Of a stretch of 64,000 nucleotides of DNA, positions 18,163 to 27,139 are shown in pieces. Position numbers and translations under genes: made by a program. This DNA comes from Acidobacteriota bacterium (GTDB lineage Bacteria > Acidobacteriota > Terriglobia > Terriglobales > Acidobacteriaceae), in contig JAJZDM010000004.1 in NCBI GenBank assembly GCA_021806005.1, positions 948 through 64,947 of the forward strand, in the 5' to 3' direction. The notes beneath the pieces were generated by a model. It saw only the letters and a list, made by a program, of their open reading frames with translations. It searched no databases and was not told where the DNA came from. Each line of letters begins with the position of its first letter. Position 1 is the first letter of the stretch.

Positions 18163-20871
18163 ATGCCGTTCCGACCCTCGATCCGCAACTGCATTTCCAC
18201 GGCGTTGTTCCTCCGGGGACGGCGGCTGCATTTGCTGCGGCGCCGGGTTCGAGTGGCTGCCGGATTATGTTTTCTGGCTGCATCTCTGTGGAGTACTGTT
18301 GGTGCGGCACAGGCGAGGCCGGGAGGGGCGGCAGGCCTGCAGCCGGTACCGCAGAGGGATCGAGTTGCAGCGAATCCGGATCTGAGTTCTCTGCTGAGCC
18401 TGAGGCAGAGGCTGCCGGAGTGGGATCGTGCGCAGAATCTGATGCCGGGCCGTGGCGTGGATCTGAGCCAGACACTGCACATTGCCGTGGTGCTGAGCCG
18501 AGATCCAGCGGCAGAGACGGCCTTTGAGCAGTTCCGGGCGGAGCAGCAGCGCCCAGGATCGCAGTTCTACCACCAATGGCTGACGCCGGGGCAGGTGGGG
18601 CAGATCTTTGGGCCCACGGCGAACGATCGCGAGGCGGTGAGTTCCTGGCTGACGAGCCAGGGGCTGACGGTTGATTCGCTCGATCCCAACGGGTTGATCG
18701 TCCGGGCAACGGGATCACTGGCGCTGGTGGGCGATGCGTTTCATACCAGCTTTGAGAGCTTCAGCGTCGGGGGAGAGCGACGGCTCGCGGTGATCTCGCA
18801 GCCCATGGTTCCCGCTGCTCTGAGCGCCGTGATCCGATCCGTACACGGGTTGACGGAGGTGCATTATGCGCCCCAGTCGAGCTTTACGGTCCGCACGCTT
18901 CCGGTGGCCGCGGGGAAGCCGCAGACCGGCGCCCAGGCCGACCTTGGAGGTGGTGTCTACGCCATTCTTCCGAAGGACTTCGCGACCATCTATGACATCT
19001 CCAGCGTGTACAGCAGCGGGGATGAAGGGGCGAGCCTAGGAGCTTCGAGTGCGGCCGGATCTTCGGGGACGTCTGGATCACTGGGAACGGCAAAGGCACA
19101 GCACATTGCCATCCTGGGCAAGTCGCGCATTGTGGCGGGCGACATCACAAACTACGAAGCTATCGCCGGTTTGCCGGGGGTGCAGCCCAACGTGGTGCTG
19201 GCGGGGAGCGATCCGGGGATTGCGACGGGGCAGAATATCGGACTGGCAAGCGAGGCGACGCTGGATGTGGAGCGGGTGATTGGGACGGCGCCGGCGGCGC
19301 TGCCGGACCTGGTGATCGCAGCGAACTCCGGTAGCGAGGATGGTGTGGAGATCGCGTTGGCGTACAACGTGAACACGCTGCTGGATCCGGTGATGAACAT
19401 CTCGTTTTCAGCCTGTGAGTCCGAGAGCGACTCAGCGGACAGGGACTATCTGACAGCGGAGTTTGGGACGGCGGCCAGCGAGGGGATTGCGACGTTTGTC
19501 TCCGCAGGCGACTCCGGCGCAGCGGGGTGCGATGCGGCCTTTACGCCGGCTCCGGCCGATCAGTCCGCAAGCATCAATGTGCTCTGCGCGAGCGGCGATG
19601 TGACGTGTGTGGGGGGAACGGAGTTCAATGACCTGCTGAGTCCTTCGTTGTACTGGTCGGCGACCAACTCCAATGGATATGAGTCGGCGCTCTCGTACAT
19701 TCCGGAGGGGGCATGGAATGAGCCAACGACGGTGAACAGCGCCGGCCAGACGGTGTATCAGGTGGCGGAGGGCGGCGGAGGCGCCAGTGCCTATACCTCG
19801 AAGCCGGTCTGGCAGAGCGGAGCAGGGGTGCCGGACGACGGGTTCCGCGATGTTCCGGATGTGTCCTTGACAGCCTCTGAGCACGATGGGTACCTGGGAT
19901 GTTTTGCGGGTGGAGGGGCAAGTTGCGAGACGACCAACAGCGGGACGGCCGTTTCCATCTTCTTTGGAACCTCCGCGGCATCGCCGGGTATGGCGGGCAT
20001 CGCCGCGTTGCTGAACAGCAGGATGGGATCGGCGCAGGGGAGTCTGAACCCGATGCTGTATGGCCTGGCGGCATCCAACCAGGGTGTGTTCCATGACGTA
20101 ACCGTGGCCAGTTCGGGGGTGAACGGATGCACAACCGCAGAGCCTTCGATGTGCAACAACAGTACGCCGGGTATCTCGGGACTGACCGGAGGGTTGGCGG
20201 GATATAGCGTGGGGACGGGGTATGACCAGGCGACGGGACTGGGATCCGTGGATGTGGCGAAGCTGCTCTCTACGGCGGCTTCCGGGGATGCGACGGGAGG
20301 GAGCTTCAGCCTCGCGGCGAGCCCTTCGGCTCTCTCTGTGACGCTACATGCCAACGCAGCGACCTCGACGACCTGGGTGGTGACCGCAACGCCGCTGCAG
20401 AGCTTTGCGGGAGTGGTGGACCTGAGCTGCGCGGTAACACCGATGACGAGCCAGCCGCCACAGTGTTCTGTTGCACCCACCAGCCTGAGCCTGAGCGGGG
20501 CAGGTTCGGCGACGGCAACGATCTCGCTGGTGGCGCAGGGATCGAGCGGGGGCTGCCTGGCGAAGGCCACCCAGGAGGGGCCGCGCCGGCGGAGGGGACC
20601 GGAGGTGGCGGCGCTGGCTGAACTGCTGCTGCTCTGGCTGCCGCTGCGTGGGAGGAGCGCACGCCGGCAGGGTGGTTTCCACCGGCTTTTGCTGGTTTGC
20701 CTGCTGGTTGTGGGATTGGGATGGTTGAGTGGGTGTGGAGGCGCGGCCAGCGGTCCGGTATGTTCGGCGGCGTCCGCCTCGGGTACAACGGCAGGAGCCT
20801 ATACCCTTACGGTGACCGGGACCAGCGGGAGCCTGATCGTTTCAGATCCGCTGGCGTTTACGGTGAACTGA
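18163..20871 (+). CDS. S53 sedolisin-family serine peptidase with pro-kumamolisin activation domain and C-terminal Ig-like region
   Basis: Signal-like N-terminus, propeptide region (...YHQWLTPGQVGQIFGP...), catalytic FFGTSAASPGMAGIAALL (SGTSxxxP-type Ser motif), and a C-terminal beta-rich tail. Confidence 0.85.
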   Translation: MPFRPSIRNCISTALFLRGRRLHLLRRRVRVAAGLCFLAASLWSTVGAAQARPGGAAGLQPVPQRDRVAANPDLSSLLSLRQRLPEWDRAQNLMPGRGVDLSQTLHIAVVLSRDPAAETAFEQFRAEQQRPGSQFYHQWLTPGQVGQIFGPTANDREAVSSWLTSQGLTVDSLDPNGLIVRATGSLALVGDAFHTSFESFSVGGERRLAVISQPMVPAALSAVIRSVHGLTEVHYAPQSSFTVRTLPVAAGKPQTGAQADLGGGVYAILPKDFATIYDISSVYSSGDEGASLGASSAAGSSGTSGSLGTAKAQHIAILGKSRIVAGDITNYEAIAGLPGVQPNVVLAGSDPGIATGQNIGLASEATLDVERVIGTAPAALPDLVIAANSGSEDGVEIALAYNVNTLLDPVMNISFSACESESDSADRDYLTAEFGTAASEGIATFVSAGDSGAAGCDAAFTPAPADQSASINVLCASGDVTCVGGTEFNDLLSPSLYWSATNSNGYESALSYIPEGAWNEPTTVNSAGQTVYQVAEGGGGASAYTSKPVWQSGAGVPDDGFRDVPDVSLTASEHDGYLGCFAGGGASCETTNSGTAVSIFFGTSAASPGMAGIAALLNSRMGSAQGSLNPMLYGLAASNQGVFHDVTVASSGVNGCTTAEPSMCNNSTPGISGLTGGLAGYSVGTGYDQATGLGSVDVAKLLSTAASGDATGGSFSLAASPSALSVTLHANAATSTTWVVTATPLQSFAGVVDLSCAVTPMTSQPPQCSVAPTSLSLSGAGSATATISLVAQGSSGGCLAKATQEGPRRRRGPEVAALAELLLLWLPLRGRSARRQGGFHRLLLVCLLVVGLGWLSGCGGAASGPVCSAASASGTTAGAYTLTVTGTSGSLIVSDPLAFTVN

Positions 20872-21024
20872 GGGCAGGCGGCACTGGGCGGGCCGGCGGA
20901 GATGAGGGTGCATCGGGTCGTCGGGGCGGCGGATGGGGTGGACCAGGAATTGTTGAATTCGGTACGAAGGGAGGGTGCGGGCCAGCGCCTGGCGGGTGGA
21001 GAATGGAAGGGAAGAGGTGAGTGT

Positions 21025-21681
21025 ATGGGTGCGCGCGCGAAGGCATTGTTTCTGGATCGCGATGGCGTGATCAACCAGGAGGTGGGGTACCTCCATGCCA
21101 GGGAACAGGTGCGGTGGGTGGACGGGATCTTTGACCTGTGCAGGGTGGCCAGAGAGCGAGGATACAAGCTGGTGGTGGTGACCAATCAGGCGGGCATCGC
21201 GCGAGGATACTACACCGAAGCCCAGTTTGAAGAGCTCATGGAGTGGATGCGAGGAGAGTTTGAAGGACGTGGCATGAAGCTGGATGCGGTGTACTTTTGT
21301 CCCTTCCACCCAGAACACGGAGTAGGAAAGTACAAGCGCGAACATGAGGATCGCAAGCCCAGCGCGGGAATGCTGCGGCGAGCAGCCCGGGACCTGCGCC
21401 TGGATCTGTGTTCTTCGGTGATGGTTGGCGATCGCTGCTCAGATGTGGCGGCGGCGCAGGCAGCCGGGTTGAGACAGGTGTTTCTGCTGCAAGGGACTGA
21501 GACAGAGCGATGTGCGGGAGACTACCACGCGGTGAGGTCGCTGCAGGAGGTGCAGCAGTGGCTGGCTGTTGTGGCCGCTGCCAGCGCCGATGAACTTGCT
21601 GTCGGAACGGGCACCGAGGAGAGCGTGGCAGGGCAGCCGGCAGAGAGCCCGGCTCATCCTGGCGATGCCGGGAGACGCTGA
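21025..21681 (+). CDS. gmhB: D-glycero-beta-D-manno-heptose-1,7-bisphosphate 7-phosphatase (HAD IIIA) with Ala-rich C-terminal extension
   Basis: KALFLDRDGVINQEVGYLH...LVVVTNQAGIARGY...CPFHPEHG...RKPSAGML...MVGDRCSDVAAAQAAG. ATG at 21025 within ORF 20902-21681. Confidence 0.8.
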   Translation: MGARAKALFLDRDGVINQEVGYLHAREQVRWVDGIFDLCRVARERGYKLVVVTNQAGIARGYYTEAQFEELMEWMRGEFEGRGMKLDAVYFCPFHPEHGVGKYKREHEDRKPSAGMLRRAARDLRLDLCSSVMVGDRCSDVAAAQAAGLRQVFLLQGTETERCAGDYHAVRSLQEVQQWLAVVAAASADELAVGTGTEESVAGQPAESPAHPGDAGRR

Positions 21682-21962
21682 TGCAGGGGATGCGGGAGGT
21701 GCTGCGGGGAGCCCTGGCCAGGAGCCTGCGCGAGTTGCCGGATGAAGATCGGCTGATGGCCGCCTGGCCGGTGGCCTGCGGCAGCGCTCTGGCCAGCCAT
21801 GCCAGGGTAATGTACCTGGACAGCGAGGGTGTGCTGCATGTGCAGGTGGATGGATCGCAGTGGGAGGAGCCGTTTGTGCGCATGCGCTCGGCTCTGGTGA
21901 AGGATCTGGGAAGAATCGCAGGGGTTCCCCTGGCCGGGATAAGATTTAAGAGTAGAAGGTAG
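21681..21962 (+). CDS. DUF721 (DciA-like) domain protein
   Basis: 93 aa. ...AAWPVACGSALASHARVMYLDSEGVLHVQVDGSQWEEPF... fits the DUF721 pattern. The start ATG overlaps the gmhB TGA by 1 nt (TGATG). Confidence 0.6.
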   Translation: MQGMREVLRGALARSLRELPDEDRLMAAWPVACGSALASHARVMYLDSEGVLHVQVDGSQWEEPFVRMRSALVKDLGRIAGVPLAGIRFKSRR

Positions 21963-22119
21963 AGGAAGTGCAAGAGCAGTGTACGCACGGCAGGCGGCAG
22001 AGCGGCCGCTGTCCTCACGTCAATCCGACGGGAAGAGCAGCGACGACCGTGAGAGCCGGGTGACCTGGTTGGGCCCGGCTTGCAGGGATTTGGAGAGGAA
22101 TCGGAACGAGGAGATCGGG

Positions 22120-22434
22120 ATGAGTGTATCGGTGGAAGAAGTGCGGCATGTAGCGGATCTTGCGAATCTGGAGCTGACGGCAGAGGAGTTACCCCGAATG
22201 GCGAAGGATCTGAACGCCGTGCTGGGATATATTGCGCAGTTGAATGAGCTGGATACCTCTGCCGTGGAGCCGATGGCACAGGTAGGAGAGGCGTTGGGGC
22301 TGAAGCCGGCCCGGGAAGGTGAGACGCTGCGGGGTGATTCTGTGAGGACGTCGATTGAGCGGGATGCGGTGATGGCTGAGGCTCCGGAGACCGATGGACG
22401 GTTCTTCAAAGTGCCGAGGGTGATCGAGCGCTAG
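22120..22434 (+). CDS. gatC: Asp-tRNA(Asn)/Glu-tRNA(Gln) amidotransferase subunit C
   Basis: MSVSVEEVRHVADLANLELTAEELPRMAKDLNAVLGYIAQLNELDTS...FFKVPRVIE. ATG at 22120. Confidence 0.9.
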   Translation: MSVSVEEVRHVADLANLELTAEELPRMAKDLNAVLGYIAQLNELDTSAVEPMAQVGEALGLKPAREGETLRGDSVRTSIERDAVMAEAPETDGRFFKVPRVIER

Positions 22435-22611
22435 AGGTCTTCTCCTGTGGATGGAAGTCAGGGTGACGGTGTGCCGTGAGGCGTTCGCCGGGCAGGACGC
22501 TCTTCCAGGAGGAGAGTTTGAGTTTTACCCGCAGAGAGAGCGTGTCGCAGAGGGTGGGTGAGCCGGGATCCGGCGCCCAGGGCTGGCCAACAGAAGAGAT
22601 AGGAAAACGGG

Positions 22612-24069
22612 ATGGAAGTGGAGCGAAAGATGTCTTTGCAGAGTTTGACGTTGGCCGAGGCTCGCTCGGCGGTGGTAGAGGGACGGGTGTCTGCGGTGGC
22701 ACTGGCCGAACAGCACTTTGAGCGGATCGCGGCTGTCGATGGGGAGATTCACAGCTTCCTGGCTCTGACCCGGGAGCGGGCGCTGGCCCAGGCTGAGAGG
22801 GTGGATGCCGCCGTGCGGGCTGGAGAGGAGGTTGGGCCACTGGCCGGCGTACCGGTGGGGATCAAGGATGTGCTGACGACCCGCGGGGTGGAGACAACGG
22901 CGGGATCCAAGATCCTCTCCGGCTATCATCCGCCCTATGACGCCACCGCCGTGGCGCGTCTGGAGGCAGCCGGCGCGGTGGTGCTGGGCAAGTTGAACTG
23001 CGATGAGTTTGCCATGGGCTCCTCGAATGAGAACTCGGCCTATGGGCCAGTGAAGAATCCGAGGGCTCTGGACCGGGTGCCGGGAGGAAGTTCGGGCGGA
23101 TCGGCGGCCGCGGTGGCTGCGGGGCTGTGTGTGGCGAGCCTGGGGACGGATACGGGTGGATCGATCCGGCAGCCGGCGGCGTTCTGCGGCGTGGTGGGGG
23201 TGCTGCCGACCTATGGGCGGGTGAGCCGGTATGGGCTGATCGCCTTTGCGTCCTCGCTGGACAGGGTAGGGCCATTTGCGCGCTCGGTGGAAGATGCGGC
23301 GACGGTGCTGCAGGTGATGGCCGGGCCGGATGAGATGGATGCGACGGCGAGTCTGCAGCCAGTGGCAGACTACTCGGCGGAGATGGGCAAGGGAGTGGAG
23401 GGGTTGAGGATTGGCGTGCCGGAGGAGTACTTCGGCGAGGGGTTGAATCCCGAGATTCGTGAGGCGATCGAGAGGGTGCTGGATGGGCTGAAGGGCGCCG
23501 GCTGCTCGCTGCACAAGGTGAGCCTGCCGCACACGCGCTACGCTGTGCCCACGTACTACGTTCTGGCGACGGCGGAGGCCAGTTCGAACCTGTCGCGCTT
23601 TGATGGGGTGAGATATGGACTGCGCACCAAGGATGGGGCGACCCTGACGGCGATGTTCCGCAATACCCGCGATGAAGGGTTTGGCGCCGAGGTGAAGCGC
23701 CGGATCCTACTGGGCACCTATGTGCTCTCCGCGGGTTACTACGATGCTTACTACAGGAAGGCGCAGCAGGTGCGGTCACTGTTAGCAAGGGATTTTGTGC
23801 AGGCCTTTGCCGGCGTGGATGCGATCGTCGCTCCGGTGACGCCGACCGCGGCGTTCAAGCTGGGAGAGAAGACCAGCGATCCGCTGCAGATGTATCTGGA
23901 AGATATCTACACGGTCTCGGCCAGTCTGGCGGGAATCTGCGGGATGAGCGTGCCCTGCGGAGAGACGTCGGCGGGTCTGCCGATCGGGGTTCAGGTGCTG
24001 GGCAGGTACTTTGATGAGGCGACCATGCTGCGGGTTGGCGCTGGGGTGGAGCGGCTGCAGAGGGGATAA
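22612..24069 (+). CDS. gatA: Glu-tRNA(Gln) amidotransferase subunit A
   Basis: GVPVGIKDVL...GGSSGGSAAAVAAG amidase signature; 485 aa. An alternative ATG lies at 22630. Confidence 0.95.
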   Translation: MEVERKMSLQSLTLAEARSAVVEGRVSAVALAEQHFERIAAVDGEIHSFLALTRERALAQAERVDAAVRAGEEVGPLAGVPVGIKDVLTTRGVETTAGSKILSGYHPPYDATAVARLEAAGAVVLGKLNCDEFAMGSSNENSAYGPVKNPRALDRVPGGSSGGSAAAVAAGLCVASLGTDTGGSIRQPAAFCGVVGVLPTYGRVSRYGLIAFASSLDRVGPFARSVEDAATVLQVMAGPDEMDATASLQPVADYSAEMGKGVEGLRIGVPEEYFGEGLNPEIREAIERVLDGLKGAGCSLHKVSLPHTRYAVPTYYVLATAEASSNLSRFDGVRYGLRTKDGATLTAMFRNTRDEGFGAEVKRRILLGTYVLSAGYYDAYYRKAQQVRSLLARDFVQAFAGVDAIVAPVTPTAAFKLGEKTSDPLQMYLEDIYTVSASLAGICGMSVPCGETSAGLPIGVQVLGRYFDEATMLRVGAGVERLQRG

Positions 24070-24174
24070 GCCGCTAGATTTCGCCTGCTGGTAGCGGTGG
24101 GCGGTTGCGCTGGCGGACGCACCTGGGCCTGAGGCGCTGAGGGCCGGCAGTTGGGTGCTGCGAGGCTGCGACGG

Positions 24175-24807
24175 TTAAAGAGGCCGGTAGTAGGCGGTGG
24201 AAGGATCTGCGCAGCTCAGGCAGAGGTGTTCGCCATCGCGGGCGATGAAGCGATCAAAGCTGACGCCTTCGCCGCAGCGGGTGCAGAGGATGCGCTGGCC
24301 CCTGTAGCCGGGGAACTCGCTCTGGGGGAGAGAGACACGAACCCAGGCAGAGCTGAAGAGTTCCTCGTCGGGAAGCTCGCGGTAGGCGCGCATCTGCTGG
24401 GTGTTCTTGTCCAGATCGGGGTAGAGATCGCGGGCGCGGGCCTTGGAGCTCTCCAGCGCAACGACGCGAAGCGCTTTATAGTCATCTTCGTCGAGCCTTT
24501 CGTTGAGATCGACGAAGGTAGCGGCCATCTTGCCCAGGTCGCGGTGTTTGAGCGCGCGCTTGCCCAGGCGGCATCCGGTGACGACGCCGATGGCGTCGCT
24601 GGCGCAGCGGTCGATCTCGATGAAGGTGACCAGACGCTTGCGGTTGGGGTTGAGAGAGCCGTCGCGGAGAAGGCGGGAGCGAGGGTCGGGGATGCGGAGA
24701 TGCTGGAGCGCCAGCATGGCCATGCGCACGCCAAGCACCTGGCCGGCGCAGAGGTGGCCGTGGGCGATCTCGGCTTCGTGGAGCAGAGAGTCGATGGAGT
24801 AGGCCAT
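24175..24807 (-). CDS. FmdE-domain protein with C-terminal zinc ribbon
   Basis: AEIAHGHLCAGQVLGVRMAM (FmdE-like HGHxCxG) and C-terminal CTRCGEG...CLSCA. ATG at 24807 within ORF 24175-25005. Confidence 0.6.
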   Translation of the reverse strand: MAYSIDSLLHEAEIAHGHLCAGQVLGVRMAMLALQHLRIPDPRSRLLRDGSLNPNRKRLVTFIEIDRCASDAIGVVTGCRLGKRALKHRDLGKMAATFVDLNERLDEDDYKALRVVALESSKARARDLYPDLDKNTQQMRAYRELPDEELFSSAWVRVSLPQSEFPGYRGQRILCTRCGEGVSFDRFIARDGEHLCLSCADPSTAYYRPL

Positions 24808-24985
24808 AGTGCAGAGTGTAGAGGAAATGGGAGAGATGGTGAGCCTTCCGCTTGAAATTTTTCCATTGGAAGCCGGGTACGATAGCGCGCCCGAAGAGCG
24901 GCTGGAATCAGCGAGTTGGAACTGCGCCGCTGGGAAGAGCACGGTGGCTGGTTGGCGGGCGGCTGGTGGTTGAGGAAACGAAAGG

Positions 24986-26110
24986 TTGCCGGATCCGCAT
25001 CCCAATCAGTGCGGTAAGCGGAAGGAGGGGGGTATTCTTCAATTCATCGAACAGCACTGGCGCCAACTCGCCTGGTCGGGTGGCATACTGGCAGCCGCTA
25101 TCGTTGTATCGCTGATTCTTCGCAGGATCGTCTTCTGGTTATTGGACAAGTTGACACGGCGCAAGGGCTCAGCACTTGGAGAATCTCTGGTGCGGCACGG
25201 ACGAGGACCGTCCCGCTGGATCTTTCCAACGTTCACCGTCCTGGTTGTCCTGCCCGGGCTTCCGCTGCCGAACACGTTGATGACGGTGCTGATACACATT
25301 GCAGGGCTGGGATTGATTGCGGCCTGCGCGTGGTTGACTGTTCTGTTTATCGCGGTGATCTCCGACATGATCAGCGGCCGCTATCGGATCGATGTGGCGG
25401 ACAATCTGGTTGCGCGCCGGATACGGACGCAGTTCCAGATGCTGCAGCGTCTGGCTATCACGCTGGTGGTGGTGGTGGCCGTGTCCATCGCGCTGATGAC
25501 CTTTCCCTCCATCAAGCACATCGGCATGAGCATTCTTGCTTCGGCTGGCCTGGCCAGCCTGGTGGTGGGCATGGCGATGAAGGGGACACTGTCCAACCTG
25601 ATTGCCGGAGTGCAGATCGCCTTTGCGCAGCCGTTTCGCGTGGAAGATGCAGTGGTGATCGACGGCGAGTGGGGATGGATTGAAGAGATTGGAATGATGT
25701 ACGTTGTGGTGCGCATCTGGGATCTGCGCAGGCTGGTGGTTCCGCTGTCATACTTTCTGGACAACTCCTTTCAGAACTGGACGCGCAACAGTGCCGATCT
25801 GCTGGCCCACTGCTTTTTCTACACCGATTACACGGTTCCCGTAGATGAGCTGCGCGCCGAACTGCGCAAGGTGTGTGAGTCCACACCCTTATGGAACAAG
25901 AAGGTGTGTGTGCTGCAGGTGACCGATGCTCTGCAGAATGTGCTGCAACTGCGTGCGCTGATGGATGCGCGGAACTCGAGCGAAGCGTGGGACCTGCGCT
26001 GCTACGTGCGGGAGAAGCTGGTGGATTTTCTGCAGAAGAACCATCACGGCAGCCTGCCTCGCTATCGGGCCGATTTAGAGAACAGGATGGTGAGTTCAGG
26101 GCCTGCCTGA
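24986..26110 (+). CDS. MscS-family mechanosensitive ion channel
   Basis: TM segments followed by LSNLIAGVQIAFAQPFRVEDAVVIDGEWGWIEEIGMMYVVVR, a typical MscS beta-domain. The TTG start at 24986 is uncertain. Confidence 0.8.
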   Translation: MPDPHPNQCGKRKEGGILQFIEQHWRQLAWSGGILAAAIVVSLILRRIVFWLLDKLTRRKGSALGESLVRHGRGPSRWIFPTFTVLVVLPGLPLPNTLMTVLIHIAGLGLIAACAWLTVLFIAVISDMISGRYRIDVADNLVARRIRTQFQMLQRLAITLVVVVAVSIALMTFPSIKHIGMSILASAGLASLVVGMAMKGTLSNLIAGVQIAFAQPFRVEDAVVIDGEWGWIEEIGMMYVVVRIWDLRRLVVPLSYFLDNSFQNWTRNSADLLAHCFFYTDYTVPVDELRAELRKVCESTPLWNKKVCVLQVTDALQNVLQLRALMDARNSSEAWDLRCYVREKLVDFLQKNHHGSLPRYRADLENRMVSSGPA

Positions 26111-26262
26111 ACGTCGGTCTTAAGGCCGAGGCGCTGCAAAGATCGCGAGTGTCCCCGAGTATCCTTCGAACCTGCATCTCGAAGAGCGCGAGATGTGGGG
26201 CACCCAACTCGGTGGAGGTTGGGTGGAGGGCGTCGGCGATTGGCTGGAGAGCTGTTGACCAG

Positions 26263-26291
26263 AAAAAAAGACCCGGGAGACCGGGTCTTTT
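26263..26291. terminator. Bidirectional rho-independent terminator between convergent mscS-family and bactofilin genes
   Basis: AAAAAAAGACCCGG-GAGA-CCGGGTCTTTT. It gives a 7-nt U-run for the minus-strand transcript and a 4-nt U-run for the plus strand. Confidence 0.7.
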
Positions 26292-26326
26292 CCTGAGCGA
26301 AGTTCTGAATGAAGGCGGGTTGCGGG

Positions 26327-26830
26327 TCAGGACTCTTTTTTCTCTGGCTCGGCTGTGGTCGCTGCGCCAGGCTTGGGCTCTGCGCCGGGTTTGCGGATGT
26401 CGATACCGCCCTTGAAGAAGGCGCCATCTTCGATGGAGATGCGGGCCGCGATGACATCGCCGGTGAGCGAGCCTTCGCTGCGGATATCCACGCGGTCAGA
26501 GGCCTGGCAGTTGCCGCGAACCTTGCCCAGAACCACAATCTCGCGGGCGTTGATGTTGGCTGCTACCTGGCCGTTGCGTCCGATGGTGACGCGATTGCCG
26601 GGCAGGTTGATGGAGCCTTCCACCTTGCCGTCGACGTAGAGCGATTCGGAGCCGGTGACCTCGCCCTTGACGACCAGGCTCTTGCCGATTGTGGCTTGCT
26701 CGCTGTTGGGGATGGCGCCGGTGGAGGCGGATGCGGAGCGGGTATCAAAGGCGGGCGAGGCGGCGGGCGGGGTGGGGCGAACAGGCTCGGGAGTCGAGGG
26801 TGTTGCGGCAGGTTGGTTGGGTTTCCACAT
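26327..26830 (-). CDS. Bactofilin (polymer-forming cytoskeletal protein) with Pro-rich N-terminal tail
   Basis: IGKSLVVKGEVTGSESLYVDGKVEGSINLPGNRVTIGRNGQVAANINAREIVVLGKVRGNCQASDRVDIRSEGSLTGDV is a canonical bactofilin beta-helix repeat. Confidence 0.85.
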   Translation of the reverse strand: MWKPNQPAATPSTPEPVRPTPPAASPAFDTRSASASTGAIPNSEQATIGKSLVVKGEVTGSESLYVDGKVEGSINLPGNRVTIGRNGQVAANINAREIVVLGKVRGNCQASDRVDIRSEGSLTGDVIAARISIEDGAFFKGGIDIRKPGAEPKPGAATTAEPEKKES

Positions 26831-27139
26831 GGGGATCTTCTGTTCCTTTCCACGGAGGAGGGTTGGTCGCAGGTAGGTGCTGTTATTGCGCCGATGTGTA
26901 ATGAGATTCCGGCGAGCGGGACAGCGTTGGCTCCCACGTTGAGTTTCAAGATACTACTTTGCACCCGGTGGGTATCAGGGAAGTTCTGTGTGACTGCGCC
27001 TTGAGAGTAACCCCTGGTTGAATTTCGGCCGGCGAACCGGAGGAGAGGCGAGTTTGACGTTGCAGGCGGCGAGTACGGGTTCCGGAGAATGGACGGCTGC
27101 TGGTGAGGGAATCGGGTTTGTGACTGTGATTCTGGCCGG

